Positions 13,440 to 25,647 of a stretch of 64,000 bases of DNA are shown here, in pieces (position 1 is the stretch's first letter; every line of letters begins with the position of its first letter). Source of the DNA: Hemiscyllium ocellatum (lineage: Eukaryota); NCBI RefSeq assembly GCF_020745735.1, contig NC_083414.1, positions 42,972,013 to 43,036,012 on the forward strand, written 5' to 3'. A program made the translations under genes and the position numbers. The notes beneath the pieces were generated by a model. It did no database searches. It saw nothing but the letters and a program-made list of their open reading frames with translations, and was not told the DNA's origin.

Positions 13440-14370
13440 TTTACAGCCAAGACCTTACTGTATAGAAGTATTGTTTTCCTGTCAAGGGCTAATATTTAGA
13501 TTGGGACTTTGATGTGATTAAATATCCCAGGGCATTTTACAAAAGATTGGTAAAGCAAAATGTAAAGAAAAGGTAGATTTCCAAACAATGTACCAGTTGT
13601 GCTTCATAGTTGCTTGGGCAAATAAGTCTACCAAGTTTTGGAGTTTTAAAGGAGGAAAATAAACAGAAAAGTAAGAGGATTCTTCTAAGATTTGTGGTCC
13701 AGGCAGTTGAAGACACAGCCTCCAATCACAAAGAAATTTAATTCAGGGATGTTCAACTGACCAGACTTCAGTGACCACAGTGTTGTAGAATTTCAGATTA
13801 TTAGAGAGATGAGGAGGAAGGACGGACATGAAGAGGCTTGAAAGGGAAGATGAGAATATTAAAGTAAAGACATTGCTTGACTGGGTGCCAACTTACAGTG
13901 AGCACAAGAGTGCTTAGTGAATGGGCCTTGCTGTAAATCAACACATGACAGCGGAGTTAGGGTGATCTCAAGCATTTGAAGGATAGAATGTATTAGACCA
14001 TTCGTGAATGCATGAGCATAATTAAGTCTAGAGGTAACAATGCAGAGATGAGGGTCAAGGACAAAACCGACTGATATTAAGGGAGTGGAAATAAGCGATC
14101 TTGATGGCACTAACATGTAATTGGAAACGCATCTCAGAATCAAATGTGACATCACGATTGTGACCAGAATGTTTTAACATCAGACTGTTGACATGGAATG
14201 TGATTGGACTTGGTAACTCAGGAAAGGAGTTTGAAACAGGGAACAATGTCAATGGCTTCAGTTTTCCCTCATTGGAATAAATGCCTACTTTTCCAGTACT
14301 GCCTGTTAGTTAACATTTGATAACTTAGCAACAGTGAAGGAATTGAAAAGGCTAGTAATGTGGTTGAGCA
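13440..14370 (-). mobile_element. L2 LINE remnant
   Basis: RDVTFDSEMRF and IVTSRLNYAHA correspond to the L2 RT motifs NLGVxFDxxL and VTSRLDY. Confidence 0.7.
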
Positions 14371-14619
14371 GTCAGTAAAAAGTGGTCTAAAGCATTTTTA
14401 ATGATCACTTGAAATCTAGCCACTCCAATCATGGATTCTCAACCAAACAAAATAATCTCATTCTGTTCACACTGTCAATGCCAGTATAAATCTCACGAGG
14501 GCAATTAGGGATGGGCAACAAATGCTAGCCTAGGCAGTGACACCCTCATCCTGTGACTATATAATTTTAAAAAGTAGATAAAGACTACATTATCTAAAAG
14601 ACCATATATTTTGAACTAT

Positions 14620-15720
14620 ATAGAGTCAGAGAGTCAAAGAGATGTACAGCACGGTCCAACTCGCCCATGCTGGCCAGCCCAACTTAATCTAGTCCCATCT
14701 GGCCCATATCCCACCAAACCCTTCCTATTCATATACCCATCGAAATGCCTTTTAAATGTTCTATTGTACCTGCCTCCACCACTTTCTCTGGCAGCTCATT
14801 CCATACACGTACCATCCTCTGTGTGAAAAAGTTGTCCCTTAGGTCTCTTTTATATCTTTCCCCTCTCACCCTAAACCTATGCCCTCTAGTTCTGGACTCC
14901 CCGACCCCAGGGAAACGACTTTGTTTATTTATCCTATCCATGCCCGTCATCCTTTTTAAAACTGTATATGGTCATCCCTCAGCCTCCGACCCTCCAGGAA
15001 AAACAGTCCCAGCCTGTTCAGCCTCTTCCTGTAGCTCAAATCCTCCAACCCTGGCAACATCCTGGTAAATCTTTTCTGAACTCTTTCAAGTTACACAACA
15101 TTTTTCCGATAGGAAGGAGACCAGAAATGCAAGCAACATTCCAACAGTGGCCTAACCAATGTCCTGCAACATGACCTCCCAACTCCTGTACTCAATACTC
15201 TGACAAATAAAGGAAAGCATACCAAACGCCTTTTTCTACCTATCTACCTGCGACTCCACTTTCAAGGAGTTATGAACCTGGACTACAAGGTCTCTTTGTT
15301 CAGCAACACTCCCTAGGACTTTACCATTAAGTGTATAAGTCCTGCTAAGATTAGCTTTCCCAAAATACAGCACCTCGCATTTATCTGAATTTAACTCCAC
15401 CTGCCACTTCTCAGTCCATTGGCCCATCTGGTCCAGATCCTGTTGTAATCTGAGGTAACCCTCTTCACTGTGAACTACAACTCCAATTTTGGTGTCATCT
15501 GCAAACTTACTGACTGTACCTCTTATGCTCACATTCAAATCATTTATATAAATGACAAAAAGTAGTGGACTCAGCACCGATCCTTGTGGCACTCCACTGG
15601 TCACAGGCCTCCAGTCTGAAAATCAACCCTCCACCACCATCCTTTCTCTTCTACCTTTGAGCCAGTTATGTATCCAAATAGCTAGTTCTCCCTGCATTCC
15701 GTGAGATCTAACCTTGCTAA
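14620..15720 (-). mobile_element. CR1 LINE, 5'-truncated
   Basis: SGVPQGSVLSPLLFVIYINDL, KFADDTK, FFTQRMVRVWNELP, AGAGTC tail at the left end. Confidence 0.92.
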
Positions 15721-16493
15721 TTGAATCTAATATAATACAAATGTTTTAAAATAGGACACTTTAATTCCTTTTAGGTAATTGCATTATTCCTGTTTAATTT
15801 TATATAAGAATTGTTAGTTAACTTGCTAGGTATTTTCTCTCTGAAAACCTGCTGTGGTATTTACAATTATCTACCTCATAAATACGACCATTCATTTTAA
15901 CTTAAAGATTCAAAGCTGTGAAATTTGCCAGCTATCAAATGAAGAGACAAAACACAGTCAGTCTCTGGCATACTATACTAAAGGTGAAGGATAATTGTTG
16001 AATCTGATCACCTTAACCCATCCTTGACATAAAGGGTTGCAGCTTTTGGTTCAGAGACAATATGATGTCAACAAACTAAAATCACTATGTTACAGTCAGC
16101 TTGGCTGTATCTTAAATTTCAAGCTAATAGAAGTATGAATTAACATAAATTAAAATCTGCTTTATATTAATACAAAGTGCATTGATAGGTAACAACTTTT
16201 ATCCTTAGTTATAGTTTGTGTTTTTTTTATTACCTGATTCCAATTAGAGTCACGTTAAGTATGTGGTACTATCTAAATCTATCCATATGTTCCAAGGCAA
16301 GATTTTCTCTATGCAAATAGTGTAACAGTATCATAAGTCACCTCAGCAAAGGCACCTTGATCCAGTGCTATGTAAGTTCCATTATTCACCAATTTGCTTA
16401 GACCAAATTAATGCAACACTTCAAGTTATATCATAAGGTGAATGTTCAATTAACTGGAATAAAGGCAAAATACATTCAGCACATACAGATATT

Positions 16494-16631
16494 GAGGTAA
16501 AAACAATGACTGCAGATGCTGGAAACCAGAATCCTGGATTAGTGGTGCTGAAAGAGCACAGCAGTTCAGGCAGCATTTAAGGAGCAGCGAAATCAATGTT
16601 TCGGGCAAAAGCCCTTCATCAGGAATAAAGG
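16494..16631 (-). mobile_element. PLE terminal-repeat insertion with hammerhead motif
   Basis: Near-identical to 43377-43512; flanked by CAGATATT (16486-16493, 16632-16639). Confidence 0.8.
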
Positions 16632-17118
16632 CAGATATTAAATCATCATCTGAAAAGATAAAGATCTGTAAAGATTTTAAATATTTGTCTGTTCAATTCT
16701 TCTGTATAAGCATCAACAGCCAACATCTAAAATATTAACCTACTTCTCTTTTTGGATACTGATTGCCATTTCTAGCTTTGTTTTTTAAATTTCACTCTTC
16801 TCGCATGTGTAGATTTCCTCTTCTGTCGCCCTTTATGTGATATGTGCTATTTTACTTTCTTCCTGCAAACAGTGCTTTACACTTGGCCAAAATATATTCC
16901 AGTTTCCACTTTGCTGTACAATTCTTTACCGTATTGATCTGAACTTGTACTTCTAAAGGAATTCTATTCCTCAGACTCAACTGCATCTCGAAAGCCAGTT
17001 GCATGACAGGATGACTTGCATTTGGACCTGCAGTGCTGGAATCTAAAGATTAACGATAACAAATCTGCTTTTATCTTGCAGCAGAATATGACTTTGAAAC
17101 GGGGAAAACGGTGTCCAT

Positions 17119-17437
17119 TATTAGATTAGATTAGATTACTTACAGTGTGGAAACAGGCCCTTCGGCCCAACAAGTCCACACCCACCCGCCGAAGCGCAAC
17201 CTACCCATACACCTACATTTACCCCTTACCTAACACTATGGGCAATTTAGCATGGCCAATTCACCTGACCCGCACATCTTTGGACTGTGGGAGGAAACCG
17301 GAGCACCGGGAGGAAACCCACGCAGACACAGGGAGAACATGCAAACTCCACACAGTCAGTCGCCTGAGTCGGGAATTGAACCCAGGTCTCAGGTGCTGTG
17401 AGGCAGCAGTGCTAACCACTGTGCCACCGTGCTGCCC
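17119..17437 (-). mobile_element. HE1-type SINE
   Basis: Reverse complement of the 7186-7500 family; (TTAGA)n at left; ACGGTGT occurs at both flanks. Confidence 0.9.
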
Positions 17438-17858
17438 ACGGTGTTACGCAACTACTATCTGTTTACGTAAGTATTGTAAATTGGCCGATAAATGTTGGTT
17501 CCCTGAAATCCAAACTAAAAACAATAAGTAAACAATTTTACATTGATCAGTTTGCCTTGCACTCCAAAATCTTTAGTATAGAAACAGTGGAAGTCGAAAG
17601 ACTGATCACTGAATAACCACTCAGTATTTCCTCCATTCCTCTGATGTAATCCCTCCAACTAGTAACTTCTAAATTCTATTCTTCAGCCAATTTCTTAGTC
17701 ATTTACAGTTTCTTCCCCCCCATCCGAATCCCCACTGCTTTAATCTAGTAGCCTTTCATGCAGCATGAACACTCCAACATTTCTTAAAAGTCAAGACGCG
17801 GCATGTTAGCTGGATTTCTACTGTACGCTCCTGATGGCAGGCTTTCAAGAAAAATCAA

Positions 17859-18025
17859 AGTTAAAATCACACAACACCAGGTTATAAGTCCAACAGGTTT
17901 ATTTGGAAGCACTAGCTTCCAGAGTGCTGCTCCTTCATCAGGTGGTTGTGGAGTATAAGCTGGTAGGACACAGAACTTATAGCAAAAGTGCTCCCAAGTG
18001 AACCTGTTGGACTATAACCTGGTGT
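17859..18025. mobile_element. PLE fold-back, left part (split by ERV; right part at 22155-22205)
   Basis: Inverted terminal-repeat sequence; TCAAGAAAAATCAA (17845-17858) recurs as TCAAAAAAAATCAA (22206-22219). Confidence 0.8.
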
Positions 18026-18561
18026 TGTCATCATCCCATTTCCCCTCCCAGCCTCCACCTCAGGCAAAGCAAAATGCTCAGAGGCACAGTATAGTTTTAT
18101 CTCCTTCATCTTTATTCTGAGCCCTTGAAGGAGACAGAACGATCTCCCATATGCAGAGAGAGACATAAGTTCTCAGTCTTCTCTGGAGCAGTAGTTTCTC
18201 AAAGAACTATGTAGTCATTTTACAGGAAAGAGCATCCAGATAAGGCAACATACATATTAATTGGGTGACCATTATAATCAGCAAGTGTCAATAGTAAAGA
18301 TTAAGCCATCTGCTGTTACATAATGAATAACTGGCTTCACATAATGAATACTTTTCACCTTGTTACACTTACATTACATACTTATTGCTATTTCATCTTG
18401 TTAAATGGCTCTGCATAATGACTGCTTTTCCACCTTGTTAACCCATTACCTTTGCCTCCAGCACCCCATTGTTAACTGTAAGTTCTTATCTGATCTGAGC
18501 CATGCACAAAACTCAGAATTTAACTCTTTCCCTGCCTGCTCATATCCTATACACATTCTCA
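18026..18561 (-). repeat. 3' LTR of the ERV
   Basis: Homologous to 21556-22154; AATAAA on - at 18111-18116; right boundary could alternatively be 18577. Confidence 0.8.
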
Positions 18562-18576
18562 TTCCCTCCTTTTCTC
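18562..18576 (-). promoter_or_regulatory. Polypurine tract
   Basis: Minus strand GAGAAAAGGAGGGAA immediately before TGAGAA of the 3' LTR. Confidence 0.7.
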
Positions 18577-19096
18577 ATTTATGATAACTGATGGCATTAC
18601 CAGCTTTCATAAGACTCCGACAGCCAGCACCCAAGCAAGCCATTGACACACAGCATTCAATTACTTTAACAACAAAAAAAATCACTAGCCCGTTACAGTA
18701 AATAGAGTTTGAAGAATCTTCTTATGTGGAAAAAAAACACAATGAAACTCTTAAATCCACAGTCTTTAATGGCCACTCCATCCCCTCCAAGTCACGAGGA
18801 AACAAGCCAATTCTCCAAAATCTCCTTCAGTAAAGTCCAACCTGAAAACAAACTTCAGTCTGTCCTTATGCATCACTCCACCGAGAAATCCGATTTCTTG
18901 GATAAGGGCAGTTAAATACTTGAATGAGATTTCCATCCTTGTGGAGATGCTTCAGATAGAGGATACCAGTACACCCAAGCATGAAGTGCAGCAGCAGCAG
19001 CAGCAGCAGGGTAGGTGAACACAGCACTCTAAGCTTCTGCTCCCGCTCTGCTATTAAATGTAACAAAGCCAACTGGCTGTTGTGATGTTAGCTTGA

Positions 19097-19408
19097 TCAG
19101 TGAACCCTTAAATGATCGAAAGACAAGATAAAGCTCACGTGGTTTAATGTCCATAGGAAGGCTACTGACAAAAAGCATACAGACCTCCTCTTCATGGTTG
19201 CTAGCTTCTTCACTTTTGTGCTCATGACTGAGGAGCTGATTGAATCCGTTGGATCAGGTTGTGGAGGGGCGGGTGGTGGTCTGAAGATGTGCTTTACCTG
19301 TGTTTGGAGATACTTTAGAGACGATGTTAGCTGCTGAAAGTATCTTTGCATTTCCTCTCTCATTCCTTCCTTGCCAAGGTGGTTATCAGTATGAAGACAG
19401 TCACACAT
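19097..19408 (-). pseudogene. Retroviral integrase N-terminal remnant
   Basis: CLHTDNHLGKEGMREEMQRYF resembles the HH half of the retroviral IN HHCC domain; located inside the LTR pair. Confidence 0.5.
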
Positions 19409-19811
19409 TTACCGACACTAAATTGTGTCTGCCTACTTCAACCTTCTTTGAATTCTTGAAGTCTATTACTCTGTTCACTATACAATTCAGTCAATTATAA
19501 ATAACAATCAATGGCCCTAAAATCAAATCCTTGGGTGCCTCCATTCAGGTTATTCAAAAATTATTTTCTTTTAACAAATTGATACTTGGCTAATGTGAAA
19601 GCTGTCAGGAAAAGTATTTCAAAAGTCTGGAACAGCAAGAAAACAACAAAATGTCTCTTGTGCTTTAATAATTGAAGAGACAGTTTCAGTTCAGATTTAA
19701 ATCTCAAATATTCATGGGAAACAAAAGCTGAATATTTTAAAAAAAGGTTCTGCAAATGAAACTTCCTAAATAAAACAGCCGAAATTACAGTGGCAACTTT
19801 GGTTGAGATCA

Positions 19812-20207
19812 TGATTTGGAGATGTAAAACTCTGTTATCTCACTTTTTAGATTAGAATCAATCTAAACATCAGGTCACAGACAGAGAACACAGGGGGCTA
19901 ACACCTTCAACATATTGTCCAGCTATCACCATTGTTAACCCGAGAATGCAACTTTTTAAAAAAAGGTTTTGTGATTTACACATGAAAGAAGAGAAACTAT
20001 CACTGTATTCTAAAAGATGAAAGGCTTAACAGACAATCAAATTTTCAATGTATAATTTCAGTTACATCACACTGCAAATTTTTGCTATAAATTCTGTGTT
20101 ACGATCGAGCCCTCCACTATCACCTGATGAAGGAGCGTTGCTCCGAAAGCTAGTGTGCTTCCAATTAAATCTGTTGGACTATAACCTGGTGTTGTGTGAT
20201 TTTTAAC
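19812..20207 (+). mobile_element. PLE terminal-repeat insertion within the ERV
   Basis: Near-identical to 32718-33107; short inverted tail TGATTTGGAGATG; flanks TTGGTTGAGATCA / TTGGTAGAGATCA. Confidence 0.88.
20121..20155 (+). ncRNA. Minimal type I hammerhead ribozyme motif (PLE)
   Basis: CAC-CTGATGA-A-GGAGC gtt GCTCC-GAA-AGCT-A-GTG. Confidence 0.8.
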
Positions 20208-20940
20208 TTGGTAGAGATCAACATCCTTTAAATTTGCAATATGAAGGGGGCCACTGAAGTCTTAACAAAAGCAGTTCAGCCTCAAGGTCTAATATTTTCT
20301 GGAAAATTAAACAAACATCAAACTAAAAATGTACTCATCTTTTTGTAAACACTATGCATTAAAAACACAGCAGCAAAGATATTTTAATACAAAACTCTCA
20401 TCTGGTTAAAGCATGACCACTGACCCAACTGTGTTGTAGAATTACAAACAAATCAGGGGCTCAAAGCATTCAATCAATTTGTTTTAAGGTTACAAGTTTG
20501 ATCATTTTAAAAAGGACATAATGTTGTACAACTTCAACGTAAAAACAAAATCTGTCCCATTGCATAGCCCACGAAACACACTGAATTGAGAGCCTGACTC
20601 AAACAAGGCAAAACAGTTACTTAAAAGGATTTCCGAACAATTATTTTAACAAACCAAAATTTTTAAACATCAAACACTCACAGCATGGCACAATTTACAT
20701 TGAAACTTGCCACTTTCAACCCCAGAGTTAGTACAACCGCAATTTCAGTGTTTCTCTTTTATTTTGCATCCTCACACTGAAATTACGCCGATAACAAGAG
20801 AAAGCCCTCGCAGCGGACCACATGCTGCTGCAATCCAAGCCACTCTTTTACCCCAGAGCAAAGACTCGCAGAGCCTCAAATTGTGGCACTAGAGGACTTT
20901 AACCCATTTCTCACTTTATTCCTCATGGGGGCTAGAATCC

Positions 20941-21316
20941 CACTTAAACACAGAGAATCCGAACTGCACTTAAACACAGAAAACGCAAACAACAATTAAA
21001 CACAGAAAACTCAAATCCCAATTAAACACAGAGAGCTCAAACCTCGCTTAAGTACAGAGCTTGAAGCTCAGGACAGTGCGGAGAACTTGAACCTCAATCA
21101 ACCCACCCAAGGGAACTTGAACCCCAGTACTGCACAGAGGACTCAAACCTCAACCAAACCCACCCCAGGTGACACTAGCTCTGGTACTGCGCAGAGAACC
21201 TCAATCACACCCATTCCCAGGGGACTGTAACCCCAGTACCACACAGAGGACTTGAACCTCAATCACACCCACCTCAGAGGACTGTAACCCCAGTACCGCA
21301 CAGAGGATTCAAACCT
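20941..21316. repeat. Compound minisatellite in the ERV leader
   Basis: ~26-bp unit (TTAAACACAGA..) x5, then a ~58-bp unit (AACCCCAGTAC..CACAGAGGAC..AACCTCAATC) x4-5. Confidence 0.85.
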
Positions 21317-21537
21317 CTGCCTGCCAGCCCGCTTGTGAAACTGTGTCTCTCAACTGAACTAATTACTGTTCGAGGAATCTATAGAATAGAGAGTGATTGA
21401 ACAAGGGGACCATCTCTAAGACACAGGAATACCAAGAGGGACCAAGGTTTAAAATCTTAATTTGTGGGGCCATCCAACTCAAGACACCGGTGTTCCAAGT
21501 GGCTGCTGACACCATCTGATCGTAACTATCCATGTGG

Positions 21538-21554
21538 ATCCTGCCAACTAACCA
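21538..21554 (-). promoter_or_regulatory. Primer binding site, tRNA-Ser-like
   Basis: TGGTTAGTTGGCAGGAT, 1 nt after the 5' LTR, versus the tRNA-Ser 3' complement TGGCGTAGTCGGCAGGAT. Confidence 0.75.
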
Positions 21555-21555
21555 A

Positions 21556-22154
21556 TATCATCGTCCCATTCCCATCCCTCCCTCCCCTCCACACCCAAAC
21601 CCCCACACACCACCACACCCACCACCCACCTCCCCCCTCCCCCAGCAAAGCAAAACGCTTAGAGGCACAGTATAGTTTTATGTCCTATTCCGGGCCCTGG
21701 AAGGAGAGAGAATGATTGCCTATGTGCAGAGACATGACTCACGGTCTTCTCTGGAACAACAGTTTCTCAATTAACTATATAATCATTTTCCAGGATGGAG
21801 AATCCAGATAAGGCCACATACATATTAAGTGGGTAACCGTTACAATCAATGAGTATCATTAGCAGAGACCAAGGCCTTTACTGTTATACAATGGATGTTC
21901 TCAACCTTGTTAACTAGATTCATACAATAGGCACTTTTCCCCTTGTTAGCTGACCTTGTATCCTGAATGCTTCCAATATTGTTACGTGGCTCTACATAAT
22001 GACTGTTTTTCCACCTTGTTAACCCATTACCTTTGCCTCCAGCACCCCATTGTTAACTGTAAGTTCTTATCTGATCTGAGTCATGCTTAGCTGATCCTCT
22101 TGTTTCACAAAACTCAGAACTTAACTCTTTCCCTGCCTGCTTCTACCTTTCTCA
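21556..22154 (-). repeat. 5' LTR of the ERV
   Basis: Homologous to 18026-18561; ends in TTCTCA where the PLE sequence resumes. Confidence 0.8.
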
Positions 22155-24344
22155 TTGTTTGATTTTTAACTTTGTACACCGCAGTTCAACACCAGCACCT
22201 CCGCATCAAAAAAAATCAAGATTTGTCAAGCAGGATCGTACTCATTCGAATCCATACTGAATGCTGTTAATATGTCGTTCAGTTAAGGTAACCTTTATAG
22301 CATTCAGATTGAAATGGGTAAGAAGGCAACTAGTTGTTCTAAACTGTTCCTTCCCTCAACATGCTGTTTCATTCTACAGCAACTGCACACTGTTATTGTA
22401 CACGAAGTGAAGGAGGATTTGGGATTTTTATTACTGTTATTGAAAAAAAACTTCACTTATTGAATTTCATTTATCAAGCCCAAACAATTCACTCCTTTGA
22501 GAAAAATATGAACCATCATGGAATTCCACTTTATATGATCTAACCCTTTATGTTGGAGGTATTCCTTTAATAGTTGTGGCCAGAGGCAACTGTTTAGATC
22601 ATTTTCTGCTGATGCTTCATCCAGAGTTATTTTCCTGGCACTTTATCAGTGTAGTTACCCATTGTTTTCTACTCTCGTAGAGGTATATGTCTAAGCTTAA
22701 ATTCTATATACCCAATGTTTACACTGGTGCTTTTGATGAAGCAATTTGAAAATAAAACTTACTTGTTGCATTAAAATTCACCAAAGCATTCTAGGATAAT
22801 TTCTTTGCTTAAATAGATTCTGAGAAATGAAATCATAATGAATTTATAGAGCATTAACTACTTGTAATTATTTTATTATTGAAGACTTTCTAGTATACAA
22901 GCATCAGTGGGAAAAACAAGATACAAATCTATTGTTTAAACCAAGTGCGTGTAGTGAGCTGATAAACAATAAGTAGTTAAATAGCAGCTGCACAAGGAGG
23001 AACTGATGGTTTCTTTTAGATGTTAATAAAGCGCTACTTATTAATAAAGTCTTTTTAAGCTATTTAAACAAATATCTAAATACACAATTATTAAAGATGA
23101 ATGGACTTGCTTTTATGTTCTAAAAATGTCATTGAAGAACCTGGACAAAGACTAAAAATTGGTCTTCTTCAGGTGCAGCCATGGTTTCTCATAGTGATTC
23201 AATTTTATTGCTGTCCTCAGTTGTAATAAAAGATCTGGTAGCAATTAATTCTGATAATAATGTTTTGGTCCAAAGAAATAATTGCTTGAATCAGGCAGTT
23301 AGCAGCAATAATAGCAACACCAGCTTTGCAGCTCTGCAGAAATTGCTACTAAGGATGCTACAGCACGTTTAAGCAGCTTCTGTGCTGCTGTGATCCAGTG
23401 CTATTTACCCCATACAGAATTGGTGCAGTCCCATTCTAATATTAAACATTTACAACATGCAGTTTCTTCCTCGGTTCCAAAATTTTACTCTTTGCTTTCT
23501 GCTTAGTCTGAGGTACTTGCATCCAACTCAGCAACAGTCTAACAAATAAACTAAGGCAGAATTCCAACATACTTAATTTTTAACATTATTCAGAATTTGA
23601 AATGCGTTGACTGTATTTCAAGACCTATATTTAAATGTATTTTCCTCTCTACAGTAATTAATGTTATCCCTGACATAAAATTAATCGTACAGAACTAATA
23701 TTTTTGCCAAATTATGATAGCATTGTCTTGTTTCCAAAGACTTTTTGATACAGTGAATCTGATGTAACCACTTGCAGGTTTGAATTTGTTTTCTTCTTGG
23801 TGTTGAGCTGCCTGTAGTAACAGGTCAGCAGGGAGCACAGCAGACTGCAGAAGCAATGCTCTACAAATACAAACTAAAACAGCTACAGCCAGAGAACAAA
23901 GCTTCAGAAGGCTGAAGAATCTGGCTTAAACAATACGAGAAGTTGTACCAAAAGAGTATTTCTGTATTGGACAATGACATAAGATTACTGCTCACTTAGA
24001 ACTTTGAAGATTTTTTTTCCAATTAAAAACTTTTAAAATTAGTTTCTTAGGAATATACTTTCCACTAATATAATTCATAATTTCCTAAAAGCCAATACTT
24101 TGTTTAGGCCAACCATAATTAACCTCATTAATCCTAATGTTGCCCTTATAGTGATTCAAATGTGGAATAATCAGTGCAACATTCTCAACCTAATGCAGGA
24201 TCAGTTTCTCTGACTGCTCAGTCTTCAGCGAAAGTCTCACTCACATTCCTGATAAGAAAGAATAATTTTTATTGACAGAGTGCCTTTGATTTTTAAAATA
24301 TTGTTCCCATTGTGACATAGGAAATCAGTGCAAGAGCATACAGC

Positions 24345-24650
24345 GTGGGTGGCACAGTGGTTAGCACTGCTGCCTCACAGCGCCAGAGACCCGGGTTCAA
24401 TTCCTGACTCAGGCGACTGACTGTGTAGAGTTTGCACATTCTCCCCCTGTCTGCACGGGTTTCCTCCGTGTGCTCCGGTTTCCTCCCACAGTCCAAAGAT
24501 GTGCAGGTCAGGTGAATTGGCTATGCTAAATTGCCCGTAGTGTTAGGTAAAGGGGTAAATGTAGGAGATGGGTGGGTTGCGCTTCGGCGGGTGGGTGTGG
24601 ACTTGTTGGGCCGAAGGGCCTGTTTCCACACTGTACGTAATCTAATCTTA
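24345..24650 (+). mobile_element. HE1-type SINE
   Basis: A/B boxes, conserved core, CR1-like tail. Confidence 0.9.
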
Positions 24651-25229
24651 AAAAAAAGTCATAGAAAGTGTAAAATTCCTGGTGTCTTTATGGAAAAACA
24701 GCTTGTATATTTTGGACCTACAATTTATTAATATGAACATTTAAAAAATCCCTCGGTTTACTAAGTCGTAAATAACCAGCTGAAAATGTTGACATCCATG
24801 AAGAAAGCAAAGCGGTCACCCATTCAGGCCTAACGTAACAATTACTTGCAATACAATACCCTAAAGGGCAAGCTCAGAATGGGTTACTGATTATTTAATA
24901 CAAATGCACTTTACCACTGAATGACTTCCTCGATATATTTGCCCACATTCGGAATCTAGATTGCACCAAATTAGCAATGTGCCCAGAAGAAATCTGTATG
25001 TAAATCAACCTGCAACAGTTTAAAATCTAGTCATAACATGCTGTTGATTAAATCTGGCAACTGAATGTCTACCTCCCCTCCCAGATTGCACAATGGAGGG
25101 AGGGGAAAATGAAACTGGAGATAACACAGTATAAGACAGGGAGGGCTCAACGTAACTATATTTGCAGTGAGTTAAAAATTGTTTATATGTAGGTTTCAGC
25201 AATATCATCCTGGGAGTTAAATTGACCAG

Positions 25230-25645
25230 CCATATAAACACTGGTTATAAGAGTAGGTCAGAAGCTGGGAATTCTGAAGGAACTAAATTCCTGACTCCCT
25301 GTCCACCATTTGTGAACTATAAGTCAGGATATAATAGAATATTTGCCATTTGCTTAGATGAGTGCAACTCTTAAAACATTCAACAAACTTGAGCCCACCG
25401 CTTTAAACGTTCACTGCTTCCCACACTAGTGCACAGTGGCAGTGTTTATCATCTACAAGATGCACTATAGTCACTCAGTAAGGCTTCTTCAACAACGCAT
25501 TTCAGATTTGCAATCTATATTTTCTTTTAGGACAAAGGCAGCAAATGCATAGGAGCACCACTGCCTGCAAGATCCCCTCTAAGGCAGACACCATTCCAAA
25601 CTGGAACCGAGATAAAATCCTCAAACTCTCTTCTGACCAGCAATG
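25230..25645 (+). mobile_element. Old CR1-like LINE remnant
   Basis: Degenerate RT C-terminal and 3' sequence similar to ~3600-3880. Confidence 0.45.
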
Positions 25646-25647
25646 TG

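Larger units (their letters stand above)
18026..22154 (-). mobile_element. Non-autonomous endogenous retrovirus / LTR element (~4.1 kb)
   Basis: Direct repeats 18026-18561 and 21556-22154 with TG/TA...CA ends, tRNA-Ser-like PBS, PPT and an integrase-like remnant. Confidence 0.8.

Noticed and set aside
20941-21316. CRISPR-like repeat array
   Set aside because: Units are tandem and homologous throughout, with no unique spacers and no cas genes; eukaryotic context
22763-22819. Good acceptor/donor pair on the minus strand
   Set aside because: Stops in all three frames; at most a non-coding or terminal exon, unsupported
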